Shown here piece after piece: positions 48,401-62,200 of a stretch of DNA of 64,000 bases (its first letter is position 1; the number at the start of each line of letters is the position of its first letter). The position numbers were made by a program, and so were the translations under genes. Below the pieces are notes generated by a model. It did not search any database, was not told the origin of the DNA, and was given only the letters and a program-made list of their open reading frames with translations. This stretch comes from Azolla caroliniana (lineage: Eukaryota > Plantae > Polypodiophyta): contig JBHGNT010000012.1 in NCBI GenBank assembly GCA_043228905.1, forward strand, positions 15,686,001 to 15,750,000. The letters run 5' to 3'.

Positions 48401-51400
48401 ACCGTATTACGCATGAATGTTGAGCTTGTCTCTCAACACTCCCCCTCAAGCTCAACTTGAGGTTCGTCCTGCTCTTCTGGATCTACACTCCGGTCCCTTA
48501 TGGATTTACGCCTCGCTTGCGCTCCTCGACCTGTTCGATTCCGCGCGCTTTGACCCTATCGGTCGGTTTGCCTGCTCCTTCGGCCCTTCTTCCTGTCGCG
48601 GTGTCGACGCGTCCTTCGCTGCCCTTTTCTCCACATGGCCTTTAGTTGATTCGGCGTATCCGAATCGAACACTTCCGATTCAATTTCGCTCTCATCTGAA
48701 TTGGCTGTCTCCAATTCGTCTCCGGTCTTTAGGCCTTTGACAACTTCCAACCACATCTTCGTATTGGCCTTTACGCCCTTCTCTGCTCTATCTCCCCCTG
48801 ATTTGGCTGTCCTCACCTCTTCCCTACGATTGCAGCCCTTGCTTTCTTCTTCGGCTTCTTCAGCCGGTCCGAAATCGAATTCTTCATCCGATTCCTCATC
48901 ACGGTCACTTCCGCCGTGATGAACACCTCCGCTCCTTCCACTCATTTCACGCTCTTGTTCCTGTTCGTCTTCCTTTGTCCCCCTGAAGTTCGACGTGTCG
49001 AGGTGACGCAACCCTAGCTCACCTGAGAAATGTCGTAACTTGTCGAGACCAAGAGGTTTTGTGAAGATGTTGGCAATCTGTCGATCAGTCGAAACATGCA
49101 CCATTTTGACTTCTCCTAAAAGGACCCGCTCGCGGACAAAATGGTAATGCACCTCAATGTGCTTGGTCCGGGCATGGAACACAGGGTTTTTCGCAAGGTG
49201 GATACTGTTGAGGTTGTCGCAATAGATCGTCGTCGGATCAGACACCTCTACCTGTAGATCCCGTAATAGTCGTTTCAGCCAAATGACTTCGCACGTAGTG
49301 ATAGTCGCCCCTCGATATTCGGTGTTTGTGCTCGACAGTGCCACTGTCGACTGTTTTTGCTGCTCCACGCGATCACCGCACTTCCTAATGAGAAGGCGTA
49401 TCCGGATGTGGATCTACGATCACTGGCGTTTCCGGCCCAATCGGCATCCGAGTAGCCGACTAACTATTCGGCTACGCCTGCTTGATATAGCAACTCCATG
49501 TCTTTCGTGCCGCTTACATATGGCAATATCCGTTGTGCGCACTGAAAGTGTTCGGCCGTAGGCTACGACATGAATTGACTGATCATGCCAACTAGGTAAC
49601 TGAGGTCTGACCGAGTAATAGTCAAATAGATGAGGCTTCCGACAATTTGTCGGAACCGTGTCGGGTTGCACGCCTTGCCCAAATCTGGGCGAAGCTTCAC
49701 GTTTCTATCCAGAGGGGTCGAGATGGGCTTACAGTTTGCCATCCCGAACTTGAAGAGCATATTCAACGCGTAATGACACTGGTTGATCAATATGCCTTCG
49801 GGGGTACGGATCACTTCGATCCCGAGGAAGTAATGAAGGTCTCCAAGATCCTTCATTTCAAACGATGCCGCAAGCTGAGACTTCATGCGGCGGATTTCGT
49901 CAAGGTCGGCACCGGCGATGACTAAATCATCAACGTACAAGAGCAGGCTGACCGGTCCATATTGTCCTTGCCGAACCAATAAAGAAGAGTCTGATTTCGA
50001 CGGCGCAAACCCCATCCTACACAACTATTGCATAATCTTGGCGTTCCAAGCTTGCGGGGCTTGCTTTAGTCCAAACAAGGATTCCTTCAATCAGCAGACT
50101 GCCGAGGTGTTTTATTCGGATAGGAATCCGGGGGGCTGTACCATGTACACCTGTTCCTCAAGATCACCTTGTAGGAACACATTCTTTACATCCATCTGAT
50201 GTAAATGCCACCCATTTGTCGTTGCTACCGCAAGCAAAACACGGACGATCGTCATCTTCTCGATAGGCGCGAAGGTCTCGTCATAGTCCACGTCGTGCTT
50301 ATGCGCATAGCCTTTTGCTACTAAACGGGCCTTGTAGCGGTTGACGGAGCCATCGGTGTTGTATTTCACCTTATACACCCATCTGCATCCGATTGGCTTT
50401 ACACCCATCCGTGTGTCAACCAGGTCCCATGTCTCGTTCTTCGTTAAGGCGCGCATCTCTTCCTCCATTGCGGCATGCCCATTTGCGTCGTTCGCCACTT
50501 CTGCGTAGCTCTCCGGCTCACACACTTCCGCCACTCGCGTCATGTACGCGTAATGGTGCGCTATTTACTCATTATACCCATATCTCTTTACGGGGTTTTT
50601 CAGGCGGGTAGATCGGCGTAATTCGTGGTTACCCGATTTCACGACCTTTTCGGCTACTGTCGACCTCTTCCATGGAGGTTCCTTTTCAGTTTGCCCGTAG
50701 TCAGACTTGCTCCGATCAGACTCGGCGCTGCCAAAGCCGTATTCCGGCATTTTCTTCTTGCCTTTTTCCTTGCGCATAAGCTATCTCTTCGGCTTCCTGC
50801 GTGGGGAATGCACGGCCGAGTCTCCACTACTCGTCGTCTTGTCATTTGGTTGGCCATCTCGGCCCAACCCCTGGTTCGGCCCGCTTAGGCGAAATGAGAT
50901 CGGACTCTCTCTCAGAGCTCCGACGTCCTCATCATGCGGAGGCATTTCAGCCTTGCTGATTTCTTCTTCAAAAATCGGAATGGAGTCATGAGGTTCTGGA
51001 GGTGAAGGAAAGTGCCACGAAGCGGATTTGTCGAACACGACATCTCGACTTATGTGTACATCCTTTGTTCGGGGGTTATAACATTTATACCCCTTCTGTT
51101 CGTCTGGATTGACCACTAAGATGCACTTTTCAGCTTTGGCATCCAGTTTCCTCCTTTTCTCCTTTGGCATGTGCACATATGCGATGCTACCGAAAATCCT
51201 CAAGTGTGCCAAGTTCGGCTTCTTCCTGAAATACAGCTCATGTGGTGACACTACTCCATTAGCAGAAGTCTGATTCTGCAGGTAGACAGCTGCTGTCTTC
51301 ACGACTTCGGCCCAATAGAATTTTGGCATATGCTTCTCTTCAAGCATTGCCCTGGCTGCTTCTTCAATCATCTGATTCTTCCGCTCGGCTACGCTGTTCT

Positions 51401-52691
51401 GCTCTGGCGTATATCTACACGAGAATTCGCGTCGAATTCCCTCCTTTTGTAGATAATTTGTGAACTGGTCGGAGAAGTACTCCTTCCCACCATCAGACCG
51501 TAGGCATTTGATCTTATGCCCAATTTCCCTTTTTGCAAGGTTCTTCACCTTCAGGAAACATGCGAAGACTTCGCTCTTCTTCTCAATCATGCATGCCCAT
51601 GTGTGCCGAGTGAAGTCATTGATGAAGGTTACAAAGTAGCGGCTTCCATTGGGACTCACGTTCTGTGTTGGACCCCACACATCCGAATGGATCAAATCCA
51701 GCGGACTTCGATTACGATTACGCTCATTGGGGAATGGAAATCGGTGTTGTTTTCCCATCTGACAGGCTTCGCAGACTTGGCCATTCCGGCCACGAAATTT
51801 CAGCAACCCGAAAACAATGTTCTTCGTCTGCATTTCACGAAGCCGTGGGAAACTTACGTGGCCGAACCGCTTGTGCCACAGGTTGATGTCCGATTCAACC
51901 TTTTGTCCTTTCGCGTACAACGCGGTTCCGACTTGATTAGTGTCGAGGATAAACATCCTCCCTTCATGACGCCCTTGCATGATCACTTTGCCTTCCTCTT
52001 CTATGAAGCAGCCGAGGTGCGTGAATCGAACTTGCATACCTTGGTCGACGATCTGACCGACTGACACTAGGTTCTTGGTTATTGTCGGGACGTGCAACAC
52101 GTTCATTAGCTTCCCTTTCTGCCCAACGTGGCCAAGGGGAACTTCACCGACATGTTCGATGGTATGCGGAGCATCATGTCATGATGGCAAGACTCGAACC
52201 CATGACCTTATGCTACATGGGTCGAGCTCTTACCATCATGACTATGAATTGTATTTTGTAGGATATTATTTTCATTTATGCTTTATCATAGAAAATTGAT
52301 GTATATTCCAGATCTCTCTGGAACATTCTAGAAGTTTCAGGATTATTCCTAAAAACACTATAAAAAGAGGCACAAGGCATTGTTTTGAACCAAATTGGTT
52401 CAACGCCAGTCTTAAGCCTCTTAGCCGCTTGTACTTATCTTTTCACATAATATATAGCTGCTGTCATCATCTCTCTCTCTCTCTCATTCTCGCTATCTCT
52501 CTCTCTCTCTCCTCTTCTCACTTCCTCTCTCGGGAATCTTACGCGGTCCCGTCCTCTTAGTACTAATAGTATTGTTGTTCTTAGTACTAATTCCATCTCT
52601 GTTTTAGTACTATTCCTGACAGTTTGAACCAATTTGCTTCCTCTAGCCTACTTGTCACTCTCCCTCATCCTCCTACCCTTTTTCCTATACT

Positions 52692-53849
52692 ATGGCTACT
52701 GTTAGCGCCCAAGAATACCAATCCGTTTTCTCCGAGCTACAGTGCCTAAAAGAAAAGTTTGTTGCCCTGGAACAAGAAAACCAACGGCTGATAGGGGATC
52801 TGCAACAAATCGCTCTAGAAAAACAACAAACGCAACAACAACATGGGGAGTTAGCGTTACGGGTACAACAACTCGAAGCAGCGTTGCAACAACAAGGATC
52901 CAGTCCCCAAGGATTTCATAAAGAGCCCAAGATTGGACTTCCTGTGAAATTTGATGGAACGCGTTCGCAATTCCGGGGATTCCTTAATCAGGTACGCTTA
53001 GTCATCCAGATGCATCCTTCCCGATATCCCACAGATGCATCTCGAGTCGGCCTAATAGGCACACTACTTAGCGGCTCAGCCTTGGCATGGTTTGCTCCGC
53101 TTCTAGAAAAACAATCACCCTTACTTAATAACTTTGAAGATTTTATTGGTGAGTTTAAAGCCTGCTTTGGAGACACCGACAGCATCAGGACGGCGATCAA
53201 CAAGATCCGGCGATTGCGTCAAGGCGATCGTCCAGCCTCTGCCTACGCGGCGGATTTCCGCCTACTTGCTTCAGATATACCCTGGGATGATCAAGCACTA
53301 ATGGAGCAGTTTCGCTATGGCTTGCGAAACGATGTCAAAGATCTACTTCTAACTTTCCCCGAAGAACCAAAGTCTCTTACGGAGGCAATCAGTCGAGCAG
53401 TTCGATGTGACAACCGCCTTTTTGAACGGCGTTCAGAACGTCAATTACAGATACCACGCTCTAGGCCAGAGCCCACCTACGCCGCAGTCGCGGCTAAACC
53501 GTTTGCACGAGACATACCTCAAGCAAATACTTCGACACCGATGGAGATCGATACCATGCGTCGACGCGGCCCGTTATCGGAAGAAGAAAAGCAACGACGA
53601 CGTGCCAATCGATTATGTCTTTATTGCGGTGGACCAAGACATATCGCCATCAATTGTCCCCATAGGCCAAGAAGACAGGTAAATCAAATCATCGCCTGTA
53701 CTAAACCCGAGTCAATTCTTCCCTTCGGAGTGTCTGATAGTATTAATAGTACTAATAGAGTGTCAGATAGTATTCATAGTACTAATAGCCCAAGTATCTC
53801 AAATAAATTTGAAATCCTTAGTCAATTAGATGAAGAGTTAAACGATTGA
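52692..53849 (+). CDS. gag: Retrotransposon Gag (385 aa) with CCHC zinc knuckle
   Basis: EPKIGLPVKFDG, LRQGDRPASAYAADF and CLYCGGPRHIAINC. Confidence 0.93.
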   Translation: MATVSAQEYQSVFSELQCLKEKFVALEQENQRLIGDLQQIALEKQQTQQQHGELALRVQQLEAALQQQGSSPQGFHKEPKIGLPVKFDGTRSQFRGFLNQVRLVIQMHPSRYPTDASRVGLIGTLLSGSALAWFAPLLEKQSPLLNNFEDFIGEFKACFGDTDSIRTAINKIRRLRQGDRPASAYAADFRLLASDIPWDDQALMEQFRYGLRNDVKDLLLTFPEEPKSLTEAISRAVRCDNRLFERRSERQLQIPRSRPEPTYAAVAAKPFARDIPQANTSTPMEIDTMRRRGPLSEEEKQRRRANRLCLYCGGPRHIAINCPHRPRRQVNQIIACTKPESILPFGVSDSINSTNRVSDSIHSTNSPSISNKFEILSQLDEELND

Positions 53850-56800
53850 GTCCAGCCAAAATAGGAGCCATTTGGTTGGACAGCAGCCCTAGATCTGTAC
53901 AGCCCATTAGTGGTTCCATTCCTTCCAAGCAAGTTAGCAATGTGTTCCTAGCCCAAGTCATTGTTAGTACTAAAAGTACTCCCCCAGTACCCGTCCTAGC
54001 ACTTTTAGATTCCGGAGCTAATTCCTGTTTCATGGATCGAAATTTTGCCCAAGCTTCTCAGATATCCTTAAGAAAACTTCCTTGTCCCGCATCTGTAGTG
54101 GTCATTGATGGTCGTCCCATTGCTTCCGGGAATATTGTAGAAGAATCAGAACCCATTCAAGTTGTCCTAGGTAGTTTTGTGTGTATAATATCATTTAATA
54201 TAATTAGTAGTCCAGAGCATCCCATTGTCCTAGGATTACCTTGGCTTGAATTACATAATCCAGCCATAGATTGGAGAACAAGAGAAGTCCGATATCGACC
54301 ACCCCAAGAATCAACTCACCGAGTTTCGACCATTTCACTCCATCAACTACGCGAAGAAGGACCCAAGGAGGCAATGTTCCTATTTGCCATATCAGTACAT
54401 CCTTCTAGCACTATTAAGAAGGACTCCTCAATACAACTTCCGGCAAAATATCATCCTTATGCCGATGTATTTGACAAGGTAAAAGCCGGTACCCTTCCTC
54501 ATCACCGTCCCTATGACTGTCCCATCGATTTACAACCAGGAACCGAGCCACCCTGGGGACCAATTTACAATTTGTCACCCACCGAGTTAGAAGTCCTTCG
54601 AGCCTACATAGAGGAGAACTTGGCAAGCGGGTTCATCCGTCATTCGAAATCTCCGGCCGGTGCACCCATCTTCTTTGTCAAGAAGAAAGATGGCTCACTT
54701 CGTCTTGTCGTTGATTACCGCGGATTGAATAAAGTCACCATCCGGAATAGGTATGCACTTCCTCTTATATCAAGTCTTTTAGAGCGAGTTAATGGTGCCA
54801 AGTTTTTTACTAAAATCGACCTACGAGGAGCATATAATCTCGTGCGGATCCGACCGGGAGATGAGTGGAAGACCGCTTTTCGCACGCGGTATGGGCATTT
54901 CGAGTATACTGTTATGCCATTTGGCCTAACCAATGCACCCGCAGTCTTCCAACACATGGCAAATGATATATTCAGAGACCTCTTGGATATCTGTTTGATC
55001 ATTTATCTGGATGATCTGTTGATTTATTCGAAGACCCAGGAAGAGCACAATTCTCATGTACTATTAGTACTAAAGCGACTCCGCGAGAATGGTCTTTATG
55101 CCAAGCTAGAGAAATGTAGCTTTGACTGCAAGCAAGTGGAATTTCTAGGCTACGTCATCTCCTCAAAGGGCATCGCCATGGATCCAACTAAAATCCAAAC
55201 TGTACTAGAATGGCAAATTCCACGGTCGGTACGAGATGTACAATGTTTTCTAGGCTTTGCTAACTTCTACCGTAAGTTTATACAGGATTACTCGAAGATT
55301 ATTTTACCTCTCACACAACTTACGAAGAAGGGCCAAGCATTTCTTTGGTCCATCGAAGCAGATATGGCTTTTCGGCATCTTAAGAAAGCCTTTACATCAG
55401 CACCGATTCTAGCTCATGTGGATACAAGCAAACCATTCATCATGGAGGCCGACGCATCAGATTTCGCCCTCGGTAGCATCCTTTCTCAACAAGGCGATAA
55501 AGAAGAGTTGCATCCGGTGGCTTTCCATTCGCGCAAATTCAATGTCGCAGAAATCAACTACGAAATACATGACAAGGAGTTATTAGCCATCGTGGATTCA
55601 TTTGTACAATGGCGGCATTTCTTAGAGGGCTCTCCACATCAGGTCATTGTCTTTAGCGATCATAAAAATCTTGCTTATTTTCAGAACGCTCGCGTACTAA
55701 ATCGACGGCAAGCTCGGTGGGCGCAATTCCTCACGCGTTTCAACTTCGAAATCACATATCGACCGGGGAAGCAGCAAGGAAAAGCAGATGCACTATCACG
55801 GCGTTCATATCTTGCACCTCGTCCTGGTGACGCAACATTTGATAATCAAAAGCAAGTAATCTTGGGACCAACACGATTGCACACGACGCGGATTTTTCAC
55901 ACCCCGATGGATTCACGGATTACCGATGACATACGTGCAACCTTGAAGACGGATAGTTTTGCTCAAGACATCCTGGCGCACATTGATACTTCTCGGGCAT
56001 CCTGTTCTCAGTCTCAACAACCAGGTATTGACTACCGACAATTCGAATATCATGATGGTTTGTTATTCTTTAAAAAGCGCGTATATGTCCCCGATTGCTC
56101 CTGTTGCCTTCAAATCGTCCAACATTGTCACGACACCCATACGGCGGGACATTTCGGTAGTACCAAGACGTTGGAGTTAGTGCAGCGATCTTTTTGGTGG
56201 CCCCACATGCGCCGTTTTGTCGACGACTACGTTCGGACCTGTGATGTTTGCTGCCGAGCAAAGATGCCACGACACCATCCATATGGCTTGTTGGAACCTT
56301 TACCAATTCCAAGTAAGCCATGACAGTCTATTTGTCTTGATTTTATTACAGATCTGCCGGTCTCGAAGGGGTTCGATGCTATCCTAACCGTCATCAATCG
56401 ATATACGAAGATGGCACATTTTGTGCCATGTACTAAAGCCATCACTAGCGAGGAAACCGCTGCTCTTGTTATGCGTGAGGTATTTCGGCATCATGGCCTC
56501 CCAGACAGTATTATCAGTGACCGAGGCCCGCAATTTGTCTCCAAATTTTGGCAGCATCTCTTCAAGATGCTCAAGGTCTCCTGCAACCTCTCCTCCGGCT
56601 ACCATCCTCAGACCGACGGACAGGCGGAACGAACAAACCAAACGCTGGAGCAATATCTCCGATGTTTCCTGAGTTATCAACAGGACGATTGGGCCGAGAT
56701 TCTCCACTTTGCGGAGTTTGCGTATAATAATGCTATTCACTCCTCGACTCGGGTCTCCCCATTCTTCGCTTATACCGGTTTTCATCCTCGTTGGTCGGTG

Positions 56801-57418
56801 ATCGACACTCCGGAGCTACCTACCAACCCTCGTGCCGAGGATCATTTGGAGAGGCTACGCAAGATCCAAATGGATCTCTCTACTCACCTTCGTCATGCTC
56901 AACACACACAGAAGACTTATGCGGATCGTCATCGGATTCCCTCCTCTTTTGCCATCGGAGATCGAGTATGGCTCTTACGTCGTCACATCAAGACTACTCG
57001 ACCGTGCGACAAGTTGGATTATCGACGACTCGGTCCTTTCCGTATTACGGGGAAGATTAATGATGTCACCTTCCGCCTTGATCTCCCTCCGCAGCTTCAG
57101 ATACATCCGGTGTTTCATTGCTCTCTTCTTGAGCCTTATAAAGCAAACACCATTCCCCATCGTGTGACACCACCGCCGCCCCCGCTGGAGTTGGACGCCG
57201 GCCCAGAGTATGAAGTTGCTGCCATCCTCGATTCCAAACTTGTTCGCAACAAACTTTATTACTTGGTCGATTGGCTCGGTTATAGTCCGAGCGAACGTAC
57301 TTGGGAACCCGTCGAGCATGTTGCCAATGCACAAGATCTTCTTGCTGATTTCCACCGAAAGTATCCGGACAAACCCGGTCCGCAATTAGCGCCGACTCGT
57401 TCCACTCGTCGTCTTTAA
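53846..57418 (+). pseudogene. pol: Pol: protease-RT-RNase H-integrase-chromodomain, with one in-frame TGA at 56321-56323
   Basis: LLDSGA, YLDDLLIYS, DASDFALG and HCHD...GHFG motifs. KP*QSICLDFI replaces the conserved Trp. Also SDRGPQF and chromodomain EYEVAAILDS...YLVDWLGYSPSERTWEP. Confidence 0.93.
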
Positions 57419-59173
57419 GGGGGAGATGGTGTCATGATGGCAAGACTCAAACCCATGACCTTATGCTACATGGGTCGAGCTCTTACCATCATGACTATGA
57501 ATTGTATTTTGTAGGATATTATTTTCATTTATGCTTTATCATAGAAAATTGATGTATATTCCAGATCTCTCTGGAACATTCTAGAAGTTTCAGGATTATT
57601 CCTAAAAACACTATAAAAAGAGGCACAAGGCATTGTTTTGAACCAAATTGGTTCAACGCCAGTCTTAAGCCTCTTAGCCGCTTGTACTTATCTTTTCACA
57701 TAATATATAGCTGCTGTCATCATCTCTCTCTCTCTCTCATTCTCGCTATCTCTCTCTCTCTCTCCTCTTCTCACTTCCTCTCTCGGGAATCTTACGCGGT
57801 CCCGTCCTCTTAGTACTAATAGTACTGCTGTTCTTAGTACTAATTCCATCTCTGTTTTAGTACTATTCCTGACACATCATCTCCCGTTTCGACCACTCCT
57901 TGTGATTCCGGTTTCTCCAAGTACGAGAACCATTCCTCGTGACTCGTCATATGATTTGACGCTCCGGAAGCAACAAACCACACCTCGCTTGATTTCGAGG
58001 TGTTCATGGCCATAGAATTGGCATTATGCTTCATTACGAAGGTTGGGCCCGATTTGTTTCCAGCTCGTTCAGAGCCTTCTACGTAGTGCGATCTCTGACG
58101 CCTCTCTACATCTATTCGGCTCGATCCGGCTTTGTCTGAATCGTCTCGCTTTTTCCAGCACTTGCTCTCCTTGTGGCCTTTCTTGCCACAATACCAACAA
58201 TCCGGCGCGGTCTTCTCTTGCCGTCTTCCGGCGCCACCATGACTCCCCCTGCTTGCGGAGGGTTCGGAATTGCTTCTGGCATCTCGATTATGCCGTACAT
58301 TCTGCTCTTCTCGATCGCCTCCATTGCGCGCCGATCCACCTCGTCCACCACGACCACGGGGCCTATCGTCCTCCGTGTAAAGCATCTTGCCATCGGCGTG
58401 CGCACTCGTCGACACACCCGCGTGGTTTTCTTCTACGAGCAACATTGACTGAAGCTCGAAAAACAAAGGCATAATCTCCCTTGTGCAGACTGCCGTTTGG
58501 AAAGGTCCGAACTTTGACGCCAAGCCACCAAGACAAACCTGCACCATTTCATCTTCCTCGCAGATTTCTTTGATCTTGGTGGCGTAATCAGCCACCAACA
58601 TATCTCTTTGTCGTACATTGTTGAGCTCCTGTCTGAGCTGCAACTTTCTGGTCATTGTGCTGGCGGCGAAAATCCTTTTGAGATTCGCCCACGCATCCTT
58701 CGGCGTCTTGGCATCCCGAATATAGCTCAAGAACTGATCGCTCACACAGGACGTGAAGCAATATAGCACTCTGCTTGCCGCTTGTTCCCAAGCCAAATAG
58801 TTCTTGTGTGTCAAGTCGGGTGCCACATCATTTGCTCCTTCGACATAACTGCAGTAGCCATGGCCGAGTAGGTACTGGTGCATCTTGTACGACCAAGATG
58901 CATAGTTGCTTTGGTCGAGCTTCTCAGTCGGAAGTGAGCTTCCCATTCCTCTATCCATAGTACTGTCTTTTTCTTCTCCAAAGGCGAACAACTTCAACTC
59001 TGTTTCGTCACAAACTTTTCTTGTCGGCTATACAGGACTTCAACCCTCGCGCTCTGATACCATGTAAAAGAATACGTTGTGCGGAAGCGTGTGCGTAAAC
59101 ACAGAGTACACAGTTCAGAGGAATAAGACAGTTCGGTAAAACACCGAAAACGTAGAGATGGAAATGTTAGAGG

Positions 59174-59205
<32 letters not shown>

Positions 59206-62200
59206 AGACAACAGAAAACCTCAGATTCTAAAATGACTCTCTGTTCTGTACATACTTCGTGCTCAGTGAGCACCTTATATACAAGCCCTAACAATCGGGC
59301 TGACACAAGTACTAACGGTACTTGACTGCTCATAAATGAGCTCTACACTAACTTCAAAATATATTCCTACGTGGAATATCTGTCCAACGGCCTCGCAGTT
59401 TACGCACCGCAACAGCCACCTTATGCGTACTATTTTACGCACCTAGTCTACGCATTGGGTTATGCACCGTATTACGCACGAACGTTGAGCTTGTTTCTCA
59501 ACAGTATATAAGCGAATACCTAACATTGTAATGAGTGATGATGAGAAGAGTATTGTATCTCTGAGAGAGAACGAAGTAATAAGAAGCTTTCCATTAAAGT
59601 TCGATCTACTGTCTAAGTCTTGATTCACTGTATTTTCTATGTGTGTTGTTTTCTGTGCATAAGAGAACAGGTCCGCAAACGTTTTCCGCATACATATACA
59701 TATACATACATACATATATATATATCAACGACGATGACAGTGGAGATCAGTAGATGAAATAGCACGATTCACCATCCGAATGCACCTAGCCGAAAATGTC
59801 TACTTCAACATGGCGAAAGAGACAACAACGTTCTCATTGTGGGAGAAACTATAGGCCGTCTATGAGAAGAAGTCCTCATCTTGGAAATTAATTTTGATCA
59901 AACAACTGTTCAATATGAAGATGAAAGAGACTGATCCGGCGAGTTCCCACATCAACACCTTCAACCAGGTGTTGTCTGAGCTCTTGTCACAAGGGATCAA
60001 CTTCGAAGAAGAAGTGAAAGCCCTTGCCCTCCTATTGAGCTTGCCGACAAGCTGGGAGGTATTCTGCACGACATACGCCAATAGCCGACCAATCCTAAAC
60101 TTGGACGAAACAATCGGTCAAGTCCTCACAGAGGACATCAGGCAAAAATCGATGGGACTAACCATCGATGAGTCGGTAGAACCCCATCACTCGACCAAGT
60201 CGTTCGACCGATAGAGTCGAACGAAAGAACAAGCTGACAAAACCGGTCGACGCTACAGCCGATCGAAAACAAGAGGAGACCGACAACGGTCAAAGTCGAA
60301 AATGGGCCGATCAAGCGAGTACTGCACACACTGCAGCAAAGCTGGCCACAATGTTTCTAACTACTGGTCATTAAAAAGAAAAGAGAGTGGTCGGCGATCT
60401 GAGCGGTATCGGGGACGTTCCGACTCGGACCACTGTCCAGTCGGCAACGAGATCAACGTTGCCGACACCCGATCCGGAGAAATCCTCTCCTTAGAGGACT
60501 CAATGATCGGAGAAGTCCTCTACAGTGCACAAGTTGCACACACGTGGCTACTAGACTCTGGCGCCACACTTCACATGACCCCCAACATTGAATGGTTCTC
60601 GAACTATTCAGCTGACGCCAATGGCACAGTCCGACTGGGAAACGGGCAGGAGTGCAAGATTGCCGAAACCAGGGAGGTTCCCATCAGATTGCCAAATGGC
60701 AACACAATAACCCTGCACCGAGTTCGGCACGTACCTGATCTAAAGAGGAGTCTGGTCTCCATTGGCATGTTAGCCGAAGACGGGTATCGAACGACTCTAC
60801 ACGAGTCGACATGGGTGATCAGCCGAGGAAACCTCAAAATCGGTAGTGGGCACAAGTATAATAATCTATACCTATTGATGGCAATCAACCCTGAAGGGGC
60901 CGTGAACGTAGCCAAGAAAACCAACCCAAACTTATGGCATAGCCGACTTGGCCACATCTCTCAAGCCGGATTTGATCGGCTGATCTTGGTTACCTACATT
61001 CTGAAACTCCAGGCAAAGACGTACTTTTGCGAGCATTGTCAATATGGGAAACATACCCGAAGTCCGTACTCTCTCCACTATGAGACGGTACGACAGCCCT
61101 TAGAGCTCGTGCACAGAAACATATGTGGGCCCATGCTAGAGCGATCATTAGGAGGCTCCCGGTACTTCATCACATTCGTAGATGACTGTACACTGAAAGT
61201 TTGGGCATACTCCATCAAGTCCAAAGATGAAGCAGTCGAGGTCTTCACTTGATGGATATCTGAAGTGGAGAACCGGTCGCGATACAAAGTGAAGACACTT
61301 CGATCCGACAACGGAGGTGAGTACACCTCCAGAGCCTTCAAACAGTACCTGTCCGGAAAAGGGATCTGACACCAAAAGACCATTCCTTACACAGCCATGC
61401 AAAATGGAGTGACAAAACGGATCAATAGGACGATCCAGGAGAGGGTGACGGCAATGCTCTATCAAGCCGAACTGAAGCTGAAATTCTGGGTCGAGGCATT
61501 GTAGACGACAATGTACCTGATAAAGTTGGCGCCGTCAAGAGCAATCAGGCTCGAAGTGCCACAGGCACTATGGTCAGGCAAACAACCGACCTACGATAGG
61601 CTCTGTATATTCGGATGTGAAGCCTATGCCTTCATCCCCAAGGACAAAAGGACGAGGTTGGAACCCCATGCAACAAAGTGCATAATTCTCGGTTATGGAA
61701 CCGATGGGGACTTAGGCTACCCACTATGGGACCTTGAGAACCAGAAATTGATCCGAAGCAGCGACGTAGTCTTCAATGAAGACTCTATCTTCTCTCAGCG
61801 GAACCAACAGAAAATAGTTGGTAAGAAGGTATCCTTCGAAGATGACAACACTGTCATAGAAGGACTGACCCATCGGGCCGAATCGGAGACTCGACAAACA
61901 GTCAAACTCTACCAAGCTACCAACTTCCCTACCAACACCTAATCAGTGACAAGTCCTATCGTCAAACTCAAAGACAAAGTCATCAAAGACACAACCGAAT
62001 CGACAAGGATTGATAAAGGCAAAGTCACCAAGAGACAAGTCAGAAAAGAGTCGACGACCACCACAGGGGAGGACAACCAGACACCGTCGAAATCCCAATC
62101 TGGAGGCGGGACACCTAACAAGACTCCTGATACAGATGGTTCAACTAATACCGATCGACCAACAGAGCTGATCGAAGGATCCGAACCAAACATCTTGGTA

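Larger units (their letters stand above)
52177..57874 (+). mobile_element. Young full-length Tcn1-like chromovirus (Ty3/gypsy); 445-bp LTRs 52177-52621 and 57430-57874
   Basis: TSD CATCA (52172-52176 / 57875-57879). About 3 LTR differences seen by eye. PPT AAGGGGGAGA. Confidence 0.96.
48000..59503 (-). mobile_element. Full-length degenerate Ty1/copia element; LTRs 59503-59063 and 48438-48000
   Basis: TSD GTATA (47995-47999 / 59504-59508), PBS at 59051-59062 and PPT at 48439-48450. gag 58997-57880, integrase 52106-50781, RT LYVDDLVI and RNase H ARTKHIEVHYHFVRE. Confidence 0.92.

Noticed and set aside
48556-49000. Acidic C-terminal extension of the copia RNase H as a new domain
   Set aside because: Low-complexity sequence in a degenerate element; cannot be told apart from read-through into the 3' UTR without other copies.
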